Source of the DNA: Lama guanicoe | Taxonomy: Eukaryota | Length of the DNA: 64,000 nt | Assembly: GCA_013239625.1 (NCBI GenBank) | Contig: MU053754.1 | Span: 989,379 to 1,053,378, forward strand | Direction: 5' to 3' | In this document: positions 1 to 13,100 of the stretch, in pieces | How the letters are laid out: each line of letters starts with the position of its first letter | Numbering within the stretch: position 1 is the stretch's first letter | Program-made: the position numbers and the translations under genes | Notes under the pieces: generated by a model | What the model was told of the DNA's origin: nothing | What the model saw: the letters and a program-made list of their open reading frames with translations, nothing else | Database searches by the model: none

Positions 1-322
1 GTATAAAAAATGTATGACAATATAGAATGCAAATATAATACGAAAACATGTTTCTTTCACACACACATGACTGAAAACAGAAGCATAGGAAACTTCTGAA
101 AGGAAATCCACTAAGACGCTATTTCCATGAAATGATACTGAGAAGATAATCTTTTTTTTTTTTCTGTTTTTCAAATTATTTGTGATGGAAAAAAGAGCAC
201 GTGAGCGTTCTGCTCAGCCCTGTCTTCCGTAATGCCAGCACGGTGGCCCGCTGCTGGCTCCTCCGTCAGCGCGCTCCTTCCCGCGCGCAGCGGCCAGACA
301 GGCGGACCGTGCGCTCACTCAC

Positions 323-469
323 CTTCCGTCTTCTTCCAGTAGACCTTCACTTGCAGCTGGCTGTCCTGGTAGAACGGGGCTCCGATTTCCAGGAGGCGCG
401 AGGGCCGTCGCCTTTGGAAGGGGGGCTGTACCTGCACCTCACTTTTCCTAGTTTTCCCAAGGTGGTGTT
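323..469 (-). CDS. ANOS1: ANOS1 exon 9 (147 bp), (K)[48 protein letters not shown]; linker and start of FnIII-3
   Basis: Manual translation; acceptor tttgttgtag, donor GTGAGT; phase 1/1; not in the ORF track. Confidence 0.93.
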
Positions 470-1287
470 CTACAACAAAGCACGACAGTCTCGTTTACCT
501 GTTAGAAATAATCACGGAACCTGAGAGCGGTCCCAGTGTGTTTAATTCCCGCTGCCGTTCATGCATGCTTGGTGCCTGCTTTTAAAGTACAATGTGATGC
601 AACTACAGACGCCTTCACGCTCAAGCTGGTAACACCTCCCCCTTCGTAACAGGCTGGAATGAATACCCAAAAGTAGGCTGTATATATTATACGCAATCCC
701 CTGATTTAAACTGCTAATCAGCCTACATTCACCGGCCTTGAAAGATGCTCCGATTTAGGTAACAGGTGTACATAGTATTTCTCACATACATTTTTCTTTT
801 GTAGTTACGCAGGAAGTAAACGAAATAATATTCAGATACCATTTCATGAAAACAACGTAGGTAGCTTTTCACAGAAGTGCCCACATGATACGTCAGGCCT
901 GGTGCAAAGAAAGAAGCCTCAGCTGTGTCAGGTGAGTGGTGGAAAGCACAGACTGCATCAACCCAACGGACTTGCAGATCAGTCACAGCCACCAGCAGCC
1001 ACTCGCTGTCCTGTTCAGACTGGGGACAGACGCCCAGGACTGACGGGTTACTGTGAGCTGTTCAGACACGCAGCACAAGAAATGAGACGCAGTGGCATCT
1101 GGACCTGCAACTGGGGAGTGGACCGTAAGGGCCCGTTCACTCATCCATTCATTCTCTTCCTGTAAATGCTGGTGACCATGTCCTAAGCGCAGGCACTGAG
1201 CGGAGGGCTGGAGATACAGAGCTTTTCTCCCTCAGGGCTCTTGGGAGAGCGGAGTCCTGTCTGCAGGTAATTACCGCTCGCAGGGCA

Positions 1288-1317
1288 GGGCTGGGCTGGG
1301 CTGGGCTGGGCTGGGCT
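1288..1317 (+). repeat. (GGGCT)6 pentamer repeat
   Basis: Directly visible perfect repeat. Confidence 0.95.
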
Positions 1318-1688
1318 GAGGGATGCGCCCAGGGCGGTGGGGGCACACTGAGGGGGCAGCTCAAGCTGTACTGATTAGAAACCAGTAAGACCCATGTTCC
1401 AGGATTTTCTAACAGCGCTGTGAGGTTGGAGTTATTGGGAATGTGGAAGGAGGAGGGAAAGATTAGGGTGAAAGGGGAGACGGGGTGAAGCAAGAGAAAG
1501 GAAAACTGAGGACCCCTGAGGAACAAGTGCATCGAACGTGAACGTCTCCCTACACAGGCGGGCCCGTTAAGTCATCCACCCAGTGGATCTGATTAAAAGA
1601 AAAAGGACACTTACATTAGCTGGGTTCATATTTACAATATTTTAAATAATTCAGATGAACGTCTGGATACCTGAGACACATTTACTAG

Positions 1689-2465
1689 GTGTCAGGGTTC
1701 TGCACCCAAAGCCAGTGTGTGTGTGGGGGGGTTCCCCACACCACCGACTCTCGGACACCGGTGGGGTGTCCTACAGTTCAGCTCAGTTCTGACGCGTTCT
1801 ACCCACAGACGGCATCAGACCCCAAGGGTCGGGGCTCCTAAAGGCTCAGTCCCTAAAGACCACGTCTCCCACCTGCAGACACCGGTCCCAAGTCTAGGTT
1901 GTCACCTGTGCATCTGATGACCTCTTATAGATCAAAAGTTCCGAAGACCCCCCCCAGACAACCTCCTTAGATGCAATTAATTTGCAAGAGCGGCTCATAG
2001 AACTTAAGAGAAATATTTGACTTAGTAGGTTACCTGTTTATTATAAAAAATGTATATAACTCGGGAACAGCCAGATGGAAAAGACACAGAGAGCAAAGGT
2101 CCAGGCGAGGGGGTGGAGCTTCTATGCTCAGAGCGAGTCACGCTCCCAGCCCACGGTCACCAACCCGGAACCTCTCTGAACCCCATGCTGGTAGATTTTC
2201 ATAGAGGCTTCAATCCACAGACACAACTGATTAATTTATTAGCCACTAAGGACTGAACTCAACCTTCAGCCCCTCTCCCTTCCTGAGAGGCGGGGGTGGG
2301 GCTGAAGGTTCCAACCTTCCAATCACTCCTTGGTTCCTCTGCCGAACACCAGCCCTTAGATGCTCTCCAAAAACCACCTCATTCACACAACAAAAGGCAC
2401 CTGTATCAGTCTCATCACTTAGGAAATTTCCAGGAGTTTCAGGAGCTCCATACCAGGACTGTGCC
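1689..2465 (-). mobile_element. MER21-like LTR remnant
   Basis: Similarity to recalled MER21 consensus (ggacacc..ggggtgtcctacagttcagctcagttctgac, ggctcagtcc, gcaattaatttgc); a related copy lies at 35.9 kb. Confidence 0.65.
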
Positions 2466-3059
2466 AAGCCAAGTCAGTCTTACTCTAAATCCCAGTCAAG
2501 TCAGTCAAAGGCGACTGCTTGCTACGAGGTGCTGCGCCTCACCCTGCGGACACAGCACAGTTAGCGTGGAGCCCAGAGGAGGAGCCTGGGGCTCAGAGAA
2601 GACTCACAAGACTTCGGAGCAAAACGCATCCCTTTCTTGGCCCCACTGTGGAGTTCTGGAGTCCTGCTGGCTGCACCTGAAGCATTTTTGTGTAAGATTT
2701 TTCACAAGCCCACTTATGCGGCTAATGCCTTTCATAATCTGTGTTGTTAAGAATTCGCCAGCGGGTAACCAAGACAGTTTAGATAACCATGTTTAATCTC
2801 TGTGAATTCTGTCTTCCTGCTTTCCTTTACATCCCGTACACACTTCCATTTTCCAGCGTAGACGTAAGAACATACTTGTAAGTATCTATCTATCTCAAGA
2901 CTGAAACTTCGTCGCTTTATTGAAATCATTCAAGCACAGAAATGGATGGATGAGCCACATGCAGAAGGCAGAGAAGTGATGCTTCAGTCCTGGGAGGGTG
3001 TCCCTGACTGAGTGTGTCCGCCACTTCCCGCCAGAGACAGAAATGGAACACAAGCCATT

Positions 3060-3841
3060 TCTTCACGTTCTGAGAAGGTATGAGGTCTGATTTATACCCT
3101 CTAATAGTCCTGAAAGTTAAGAGAATTGAGCGACTAGGCTGTTTTTCTGAATGTCAGCATTTTGCTAACCTTACAGATTAAGAGATTCAGACCATTTTCT
3201 CTCTGCCCCATTTTTATTTAGTTCCAGTTGCATGAGGCAACTCTGTAAAACATTTGGCACCTGTCAACCCTGGAAATACTCCTCCTGCCTCCAAAAAGGC
3301 AAGTCATGTTTCCACTAACGACAGTATTGTGTCTTTCTTCCTTCAAGGGACCCTGTTCTAAAACCGGGTCAACATGCAGCCTTTGCTTGCATAGAAATAT
3401 TTATCAGTAAAACACCTAGTAGCCTGCAGACCTGGAAAGTATAATTCAAGAAGTAATTCATATGCTGACATTTACTGCTGTCCTCCCTGAGAAACAGAAC
3501 TCCCCTTGCTCACACTGTGAAGCTGTAATTACTCCTTATTTCCAGTTGGTCCGAGATATGATATATATTGTTCTTGTAAAAGTCATATAAGAGTGTTTCT
3601 GAGATTATGTATCAACATGGGGTCAGAAATCAAATGCATCACATGGGGTCAGAAATCAAATGCTGACACTCCGCTGTATGCTGCCTGATCCTTTGTAAAG
3701 CCAGTCCCTTCCAGAAGCTTCCTGACACCCAAATCGTATGTGTTACGCTGGAACTTTGCACTGTTACTTCCTTGTTTTATATATTTTTTTTCTGAATGCA
3801 CATGACTTGCCAGCATAAAGCAGTTAGTAGGTTCACTGTCA
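3060..3841 (+). mobile_element. Probable old ERV1-type LTR containing a 26-bp tandem duplication (3611-3663)
   Basis: LTR-like composition with cataaa signal near the end and terminal ..tgtca; duplication atca(a)catggggtcagaaatcaaatgc x2. Confidence 0.45.
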
Positions 3842-6168
3842 TGTCAGGTAAAATGTTACTACTTTTAAAAGAGGGTTAGAAAGTGACCAACACTCAGCGT
3901 CAGCCTCCCCGATGAAGAGGAGCTGGGGAGGTTGCAGGTGAGAGAGGGAACACCTCACGGCCTGGGTGCACAAGGACTTCTGGAGCGATGCTTACGGCTG
4001 CATGGCCACACAGACATACAGTCCCTCTTCTCTGACCTAGGCGAGACCTTGCTTCTGTGCATTACTTTTCAAGGTCAGGAAGGGCTGGGTCTGGACCCAC
4101 ACGGTGGAGTCCACCACGTGTGAAAGGAAGGACCGTGCCCCGACATTACAGAGGACAGGAGACGAGGGGGCCGGGCCCACCCGGTGGAGTTAACCCGAGA
4201 TTACAGAGGACAGAGAAGTCAGACATGGTGAGGGCACAGGTGAGCTTGTGTCCGCGGGGAGCTGTGTGGCTTACCGAGGAGGCGTTCAGATGATGTGGCA
4301 CCCTAGGACCTAAACTGAGAGGAAGGTTTGTCATCACGCTTGCGAGGCTGGGAGAAGCCGCTAACTACAGAGGGTCTCACCGAGCCGCTTACGGGGTTGT
4401 GCGGGGTGCCCGGAAAGAGGGAGGAGGCCCTGGGTGTGCGGTGCAGGCCCAGAGTCCCAAACAGTTTTCTCTGTGGGCTGGACCATGACGAGGCCCCAGG
4501 TGACGTGACCTCAACAATCTCACACTGTGGATTTCTCTCTCCTTGTTCTTGGCTGTGGGCATAAACACACAGGAAATTGTGGGAGCCTGCAATCCCACGC
4601 CAGTGTAACAGGGAAGGAATGCTGTTTATTGCAAAAGCCAGAAGGAGACTGAAAGGCAAACTTACTTCACACAACAGACGAAACCCACCACCAGCAGAGA
4701 AAAGCAGGGTTCTGGGAGAAGCAGAACTTTAAGGGGTTTGAGTCTGAGAAGAAACGTGGGGACGAGTAAGTGGGAAAATGTACAGGATGAGATCTGGGGA
4801 GGAGGGGAAAGAGAAGACGTAGGTGTTGATCTTGAGAGAGGAACTGAGAAGACAGAGAAATCCATAATATGACTAATATTTTCTAAAGAACAGTTTGGCA
4901 GCTGTCTACACAAGGGATATTTAAGAAAGAGTGGTAACCGGTGCTAATTAGGAGATTATTTCAACTAAATAAGAAAGTTGACAGTGGCCAGAACAAGGGA
5001 GAGCACTGGTCAGATCCCACAAAGAATCGGAGGTTAGACAAAAGGGCTTCCTAAATGAACTGCATTTCTGGAGAGAGGCACCTGAAGAGGGGCCTCTCCA
5101 TCCAGCACAGGCAGTAATGTGTGTGTGCGTGTATGTGTGTGTCTGTACATGCACACACACACAAATGCACGGTACGTACACCTGTATAATGTGCACGTAG
5201 TCTGTATAGGATACACTGTACAGTGTGCGTGTGTTTATACTATAAAAGAGTATAGAACTGTAGAACATAGTAAATGCACCACTAGACAGTTTGATGAATG
5301 GAGGACTACATTTAAAAAAAAAATCAATAAAGCTACTAGAAAAAAAAGAAAGGAAAAAGAAGGAAAGAGCCACTAAATACATAGAAATGTTTCCATGAGA
5401 ATTTTTAGGTCTAAGGGGCACCGTACCCAGATTTATACATAGAAATAGTAGACCTTTCCAATCCATTTACTGTCCAGAAGGACTGTTTCTCACGTCGGAA
5501 GGAAGCGCTGTGTCTAGAACTCTCTGAGACCACCGTTCCCCGAGGACCTGCTCGCCGGGTCCTGTTTCTGCGCTGTGCGTGGCCGGAGGTGACTCCAGGC
5601 CGTCACTGCGTCAAACTCTGCAGACCCAGCCTGGCCTCTGCTACACGCAGACAAGCTCAGCACAGCTTCCCAGGCGGACCCAGGCCCTCCAGCCCCGCCA
5701 CGAGCAAAGGCAGACACCAGGGCCTGGCCTGGCCCTGGCTGCCGTCGAGCCGCGCGTCCCCAGAGCCCTGGCCGGGAGCCTCCCCGCGGCCCTTCCAGCA
5801 GCCCCACCTCGGAGCCGAGCCGGACGCCCCGAGGAGCTCATGCTGGCTCAGGGATGAGCGTCTCAGAAGACTCTCCTGTTGCTTCGCCCAGTTGACGGCA
5901 AACAGACTAGCTTAGAAACATTGGAAACGAGGAAAACGGATACTGGAATGACCCAGCCCTGCCCCCAGGGGAGTATGAGGTGGCCTTTGGCAGTAACTGT
6001 GGCCACTGTGTGAAGCCAAGAAAAAAGGGGCGTGTCGTGTTTTTACGAGGGAAGCAACAGTTTCCAACAGCTGAACGGTGGGGATCTTCCTGAGAAACAA
6101 GGTCACCTCTGCCTAAGGGTCCCAGATTCGTACATACACACATTCGTCAGCATGAGGCCTGCTTTCTA

Positions 6169-6272
6169 GGGGAAGGTACGGCTCAGTGGCAGAGCGTGTG
6201 CTTATTAGCACACCCAAGGTCCTGGGTTCCATCCCCAGTCCCTCCATAAAAATGCAAAACAAAACAAAAAAA
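6169..6272 (+). mobile_element. tRNA-Ala-derived SINE (vic-1-like), diverged
   Basis: ggggaaggtacggctcagtggcagagc...gtcctgggttccatcccc followed by A-rich tail. Confidence 0.85.
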
Positions 6273-6526
6273 ATACTGAGATGTTTTCGTGTCAAATTTC
6301 AATTCTGACAACAAAATACTGCACATAAAATGGATAAAAACCTTAAGAAAACTCAAAGGTAAAGCTTGCCTGCATCATCTTTCAAAGGACACAGTGACAC
6401 AGCTGTGGGTGTGAAGACTTTCCATGTGAAGTCTCCAAATCAAACAGCCCTCAGGCTGCGCGGGGCCGTGACGTGGCGCGGGCTGGTGGGAGGCCGCGTC
6501 AGGAGGAGGATGGGGGGGGCACTTAC

Positions 6527-6671
6527 TGTTGTGGGCGGCGCGTGTGGACGTGAACTGCAGGGAGACCTTGGCGCTCTTGAGGCGCGTCTGGCCCCAGTAC
6601 GACACGGCCTGCAGCTCCACCGTGTAGTCGCAGTCGGGCTGCAGCCGCTCCAGGGTCACTGCGCGCTGGGC
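6527..6671 (-). CDS. ANOS1: ANOS1 exon 8 (145 bp), [48 protein letters not shown]; FnIII-2 second half
   Basis: Acceptor cacctgcag, donor GTAAGT; overlaps ORF 6375..6788. Confidence 0.95.
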
Positions 6672-7585
6672 CTGCAGGTGGGAGAGGGTGCTCAGACTCC
6701 ATCCCACGCCTTCCTGCCACCCAGCTTCACTGCATCGCCTCCCGTGGCCCCACCAGCCACACCAGCTCCCAGCCCGTGCGCCCTGCACGCTCTCCCATCA
6801 CCAACTTTCCTAAGTCCTCAGCAGCTGAAAACCCAGTCTCCCCAGGGAGCCAAGTAAACGTCACAGAAGGCCCAGACACATTTTTTGGAAATCGTGTTCC
6901 CACTTCCATGACTGGATGCTCTGCAGTAGCAGGGGAACGAGTGATTCTGCCACCCCAGCCTTCTCCTAGATGCCACCTCATGAGAAAAGAGGGCTGTTGC
7001 AAACAAACTAGCGGATACTTGTGTTAGCACAGACCTGGAAAAGTTACTAATTGGCATTAATTATATTTCTTGATATTTATTCTAAATCTTCTATGGGTAA
7101 ATTTCCCCCAAAAGTTGTGAGAAAAATCGACTAGGCAAAACGCCTAAAGCTTTTTTTTTTTATGACTTGCAGGTATAATAACATAGTAAGTCCCTTATGA
7201 GAACTTAGAATTAAGAGAAATACTGTGTTTCTCTTAGAATTCAAAACGTTTGTCACAACATAGTGTGTGTGGTATCACAATGCCCCTAGGCTGAAAGACG
7301 GCTTGTGTATAAATGGTGCAGGGGGTGACATTAACATTTATGAAGGGAAGAATGTGTCCAGACATCAGCCCATGCTTCCCAGCAGAGAACAGTCCAGTCT
7401 CAGGCGTGCAGTGTGCTGTATGAAGGGCATCGTTATCTGAAATTGCCGAGCACTGAATCATGTAAGTGAATCCCTTGTTGAAATTCCAGTGGCCCAGCCA
7501 CATGCTCGTGATAATTCTGGGTCACGTGGGATCACTTTTCAGGGAGAGCACAGGGTTTTCATGGGCATTTCAGAACTAGGTTCAG

Positions 7586-7654
7586 TCTGGGTTCAATCCC
7601 CAGCACTGCCATTAAAAGTAAGTAAATATATAAACCTAATAACCGCCCCCCACC
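7586..7654 (+). mobile_element. 5'-truncated vic-1-like SINE
   Basis: B box ctgggttcaatccccag plus aaacctaataac tail shared with the other copies. Confidence 0.7.
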
Positions 7655-7911
7655 AAGACAGCTAACATGTCCATCACAGGACATTCTGAACGATGTATGG
7701 CTGGACACTGTTTTGTCCCTTTGATTCTGGACTCATGCCGGCCATTTGGATCTGAGCAGGTCAGCGGACTAAATTCAGCTGTTCTCACCTGAAACGTAGA
7801 AGGCTACGTGCTTGGCATGGTCCTGTTTTCTGAGCTTCCGCCGTTTAAGGGGAGGGGATGGGAACCTCTCCTGTATCCACCCCTCTTCTCGGTTCATTGA
7901 GGCCACTTTCA

Positions 7912-8328
<417 letters not shown>

Positions 8329-9524
8329 TTAAACCTCAAACTGAAATACAGTGTACAAGAGAAATGTGTTGGGGCCACACCTGTCATTCAAGCATTTGCA
8401 CAGCACTGCAACCCAGCCAATGTTCACTGTACCAAAACTGATCGATTTCTGTAAAACACGATCAAGTTCCATTTAAGTTGGTTGACATTAAGTAAGTAAG
8501 CGAAGTCAAAACGCCTTTGAAAATTCTGAAAATCAAGACAGAAAGCTCGGGCCAGCTCACACGCCACTGTTTTCATATGAGAGGCCTGTAGCTTTCGATT
8601 CTTGCATCAAAACACAGGAATGGCAGCCAACACAAACCACCTTTTGAATCCACATTACAAATCGGATGACGGTTGGACATGTTTGTAATCCCACCATTTC
8701 TAGGTTGCCACATAAACCAAGACCTTCTCCACTGTCGAGAGAGATGAGGTTCTGGAGCGATGACTCCACAAATCTCCATTTAAGACGGATATAAATGATG
8801 ACTAAGTGTGTGTGAAGCTGAGGGTCTTTCCTTCATTTTGTTGGCCACAAATTGAGCAAGTGTGGATGCCGCTCACCACAAATGATTTACAGATGGCTTG
8901 TTTCAAGATGCCTTCCCAGGAAAATGCTGTCAGTAATTCTAATTGTCATACCATCTGCATCGTAGGTACAAAGTTACATCTAACTTGATATAAATGAAGA
9001 AGACTGAAAGAAGTACCCATGTTTTTAAGTCTTGGGATCATTTCTGTTTCTGGAATGATGGAAACATGAATTATTTTTAAAATCTGTTGCATGTCTGTAT
9101 GATAAATAAGTTCTGGAGGTTTGGTGGTTTGCTCAATTAAAAAAAAACATTGCAGTTATTTTTCTAGACCAATGGCTAATGCAAAGTGTGTTCCATGATA
9201 TTTTTGACCAAGTGGTTCTCAGTCAACATCAGGAACCCTCTGGGAGGGCCCAAGGCTGACACTGAGATATGCTGAGTCACTGAGTCTGGGTGGGGCTCAC
9301 ACCGATGTTCATGTTAAATATATGTAACCTATATTAAGTGTTCATGTAACTATACACATACACGTTTCCTATAAAACATGTTTTTATGTAAAGCACACAC
9401 ACAGTCGTGAAGTTGATGCTCCACAGGCTGGAAGTTGAGAACCGTGGCAGCCGCCCAAGAGCGGTAAGCCTCACTTGGTTCCGTGTGAGGGCAAACTGCT
9501 TGCTCCTGGCAAGCCCTACCCCAA

Positions 9525-9594
9525 CCACCTACACGATCACCATTCTCGCCTTCAGTCACCCACCTACACGGTCACTGCTCTTGCCTTCAGTCAC
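9525..9594 (+). repeat. 35-bp tandem duplication (2 copies)
   Basis: ccacctacacgatcaccattctcgccttcagtcac / ccacctacacggtcactgctcttgccttcagtcac. Confidence 0.9.
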
Positions 9595-9899
9595 ATTCCC
9601 CACGTGACTCCACGCCCTACCAGATCTGCCTTTGGTCCCTTCTCCACCACCCTCCCCCCGGCCCAGATCCTCCCCATCCCATCATCTCTATAGACGGGAG
9701 GGAGTCCAGCCTCGGCGCAGGGGGCCTCCTTCCATCTACACCCACTCTCTAGGGGACTCAGCCAGTCACAACTTCTTTTTAAAAAAAAGTCTTTGTGCTG
9801 ATGAGTCTCAAAGGACGTCTTCCACGTAAAATTTGCCCCTGAACTTGGGTTCAGGTAGAGAAGGGCCTTTCCACCAGCGCCACTTGGAGGTCTCGGAGG

Positions 9900-10682
9900 C
9901 AACCTGAAAGTAACGTGTACAACACCAGAGTCATGCCCCTCCCAGCCCCGCACCCCACCAGACACCCCTCTCAGGAAATGCAGACACCTGCTTCCAGCTG
10001 CTCCCACCCCAGACCTTGAGGTGGTAGACTTCCTTGGTTCTCATTCTTCAAGCAAATCCTGTTGGCAGTACCTGTAAAATCTATCTGGAACATCACTGTC
10101 TTCACCAGAACAACGTTCCAGGCCGAGCTGCTGTCCTCTCCCTGATCGCTGCAGAGTCCTCCCAGCCTGTCTCAGCACAGCCGTGGTGATTCTTCACCAC
10201 ACAAGCACATCCTGGGGCCCCGCAGCTTGGAAGCTCTCGCACGTTGCCTCCCAGACCTCCTTCCCCGCCCTCACTGATCCCGCTGCTCTAGCCACACCGG
10301 TTCCCATGTTACTTCTTGGAGATGAAAACCAGGATGCTACTTGGGGATTTTCCACTGCCTTTGCCTAAATGTCTTCCCCCAGAGACTCCCGTGCTGGCTC
10401 TTTACCTACTGCTGGTCGACCAGACTTACTCAGAACGGCTCCATGTGATTCCCCGCCTCACCAGTGAAATCTCACTGTGGTTTTCCCCTGCTCTGCTCTT
10501 TTCCAAGGCCCTTACAACCAAATGACTTACTGTATGTTTTATTTGCTGTCTGCCTCCACTCACGACGATAAGGGCTTCCCAGAGGGAGGCGTTTTTATCT
10601 GTCTCGTTCACTTCTGTATTCCCAGCATTGAGACAAGTGCCCAGGACACAGCAGGTGCCCAGCTGCATTTGCTGAATGAACA
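9900..10682 (+). mobile_element. L2 3' remnant
   Basis: L2-type end: gtgcccaggacacagcaggtgccc...tttgctgaatgaa. Confidence 0.7.
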
Positions 10683-12031
10683 ACAGAGTTTGCCCAAATG
10701 TTGACTTCGTTTTGTAAGGTGATACTTCAGTTTCAGGCTTAAGCCCTGTCACTGGGAATGGATAAACCGTTCAAGATCCTAACGTGAAGTACAATCAAAG
10801 GAGTGCTATTCCCCGTTCGAAATAAGAGACTCAAAGCGTCCATCATGTGACTCAGTCCCGAACCGACAACAGGTTGCTGCCGCCCTTTCTGAGAGGGAAG
10901 CCGGCTGGCACGCTCAGCACCACCTCAAAGCAAGAGAAAAATGAATTGTGTGAAGATCATCGCAGCCATTGGCATCTTCAGTGACGCCCCTGGACGTGTC
11001 TGCTGAAGATTAGCTACGTGAATCTACTAGATACTCTAGGTTCATGGGAAAAGCTCAAAATCATCTTTTCTAAAGAATTTCCAAGTCTGAGAAAGCAGCT
11101 TCTATTACGTGTTTCATCATTTCCTTGATCCACCTCATTCATCGCATCGTTACACACCGCCCAGAAAAGACTTCTCAAACTTAGATGTGCTGATGACAAT
11201 CCAGAATAACACCATCCGGTTCACAGAACATCATAAAACACGAAACGACGTAATTCATGAAAACATTAGGAAACTGTTTTCCAAAACTGAATTAGTATTT
11301 GCTAAACGCTTACTTGAAAGGAAAGCCCGTCTGACCGTTCACCATACCAAGGTGGCATACTCCTGTTACCGAGGAGACAACCCCAATCTCTTCCTCCCCA
11401 AAAATAACCACCTGTAAATTACAAAGTCAAAAGGGAAGAGCAGAGAGCATGTCTTTATCGCCCCGATTACCCTCTGTAAGCCAGCTCGTCATTTGTCCCC
11501 TAGTCACGGCCGACTTCGGAGAGAGCCAGTCTCACCAGAAAGGTGTCATTCAGTCCTAGTGAACGCCCAAGCTGTAGTCACTCACTGCCTTGTGAAATGG
11601 GTCCCTACCTTACGGAATAAAGTAGGCTCACTTTCTTGAATTATGCAAAATCTTTTCTTTCAGTTTACATACAGTTTTAATTGTATTAAAATTTAGAAAT
11701 GGGGTTTGAAGTTTGCATGTGGAAAAAATTACATGTATATCCGGATTCCACATTTTGATAAAGCCTTACAGGACTCTGTAATTTATTTGGCCTCCTTTCT
11801 AACTGCTGAGGATGGCAAGGGTTGGACAGGTGCAGTGACCTGCCCGAGGTCATTCACGTAACTGGGGGCAGAGCCGGGAGGACAAGGACTGGAGGCTCTC
11901 ACGGTGCACACCAGCCACACCTCTCCATGCATCACATGTCATCATTGTAACGATGGGCCACTGTCCCTCCCAAAGTAAACCGGTAAGGAAGGCCCTTGGC
12001 TGGGGAACATGCCCGTCCTAACAGTCTAGTG

Positions 12032-12252
12032 CAGGGACCGATAACCTTGTGTAAGGGGCCAGACGGTAAACATCTGGGCTTTGCATGCCACACAGTGTGC
12101 GTCACAGCTTCTCCACTCCGCCCTGGCAGCCTGGCAGCAGCCGTAGACAGGAGGTAAACAGATGAGCCCCGCTCTGTGCCAGTGAGATGTTATACGCAGA
12201 CACAGGCAGCAGGTCACTCAGGGACCACAGGCCAGATTCCCCATCGCTGACC
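12032..12252 (+). mobile_element. MER58 (hAT-Charlie) DNA transposon
   Basis: gtaaggggccagacggtaaacatctgggctttgc...gcagccgtagaca; flanked by gtctagtg / cctagt target-like motifs. Confidence 0.75.
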
Positions 12253-12364
12253 TAGTCTTTCCAAAGCAGTGACACCATCTAGCTTCCTGAAACCAGACAA
12301 GACTACTGCTTAGTCCTGATTTTATAAGATACAGTTCTACTTTGGTTTTTAAATGTTAGCAGTT

Positions 12365-12465
12365 TGTTCCCATTTTACAGATGGGGAGACTGAGGATCAG
12401 AGAGTCTAATTCACTAGTTCAAGAGTGTAGGGTGAGAGGGTCAGAGTCACAGCACAGGACCAGGG
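12365..12465 (-). mobile_element. MIR fragment
   Basis: MIR core cccattttacagatggggagactgagg. Confidence 0.8.
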
Positions 12466-13100
12466 CTCCTCCATCCCCTTCTCTGAGGCTTAAATGAGAG
12501 CATTTCTCCCCATCACACTTCTCTCTGCTTCATCCTCTCCCCCCTTACAGCCGTCCCAGGCGTCTTCAGAGACACCTCAGAAAGCAGAAGGCAAGCACAC
12601 TTTCAAACATAAGTGAAGGAGTAGGGCTGTACCAGCTCCTTTTACGACCTGTGATTTCCAGGGCAAGATACACTCAGTGTTTAGCATGGATTTCCACCTT
12701 CAGCCTTAGAAATAGTTCCTCTGATTAACGATCATATGTGGTGCTTTTGGCAAAGGAAGGCGGAACATTTGGGTTTCAGAAAGACGGATTTAAGGTTTCG
12801 TCCCTGAACCTCTTGTGGTTAACAGCACAACTGTCAAAGTGACAGGCACTGTGGGCCTGCAGTGGGCAGGATGCCGAGCAGAGTCCCCTGTCAGCCCCGG
12901 ACAAGTGCAGGCCTGTCATCGCAGTGATGTGAAACCTCATGGGAAGGGAGCCCTTCCGCCCACCCTGGGAGGGACCTTAACTTCACTTGTGATGACGCAG
13001 ACCCCTCCAGGTTTCCAGACGATGCCGTTTGTTAAGTATGGAGACCCACCCCCGAGTCAGATGAAAAATGGAGTGGCGTTCAAATGGTGGGAAAGAGAGA

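Noticed and set aside
5514..6857. Overlapping 90-160 aa ORFs on both strands, including antisense to exon 8
   Set aside because: Expected from stop-codon scarcity in GC-rich DNA and high GC3
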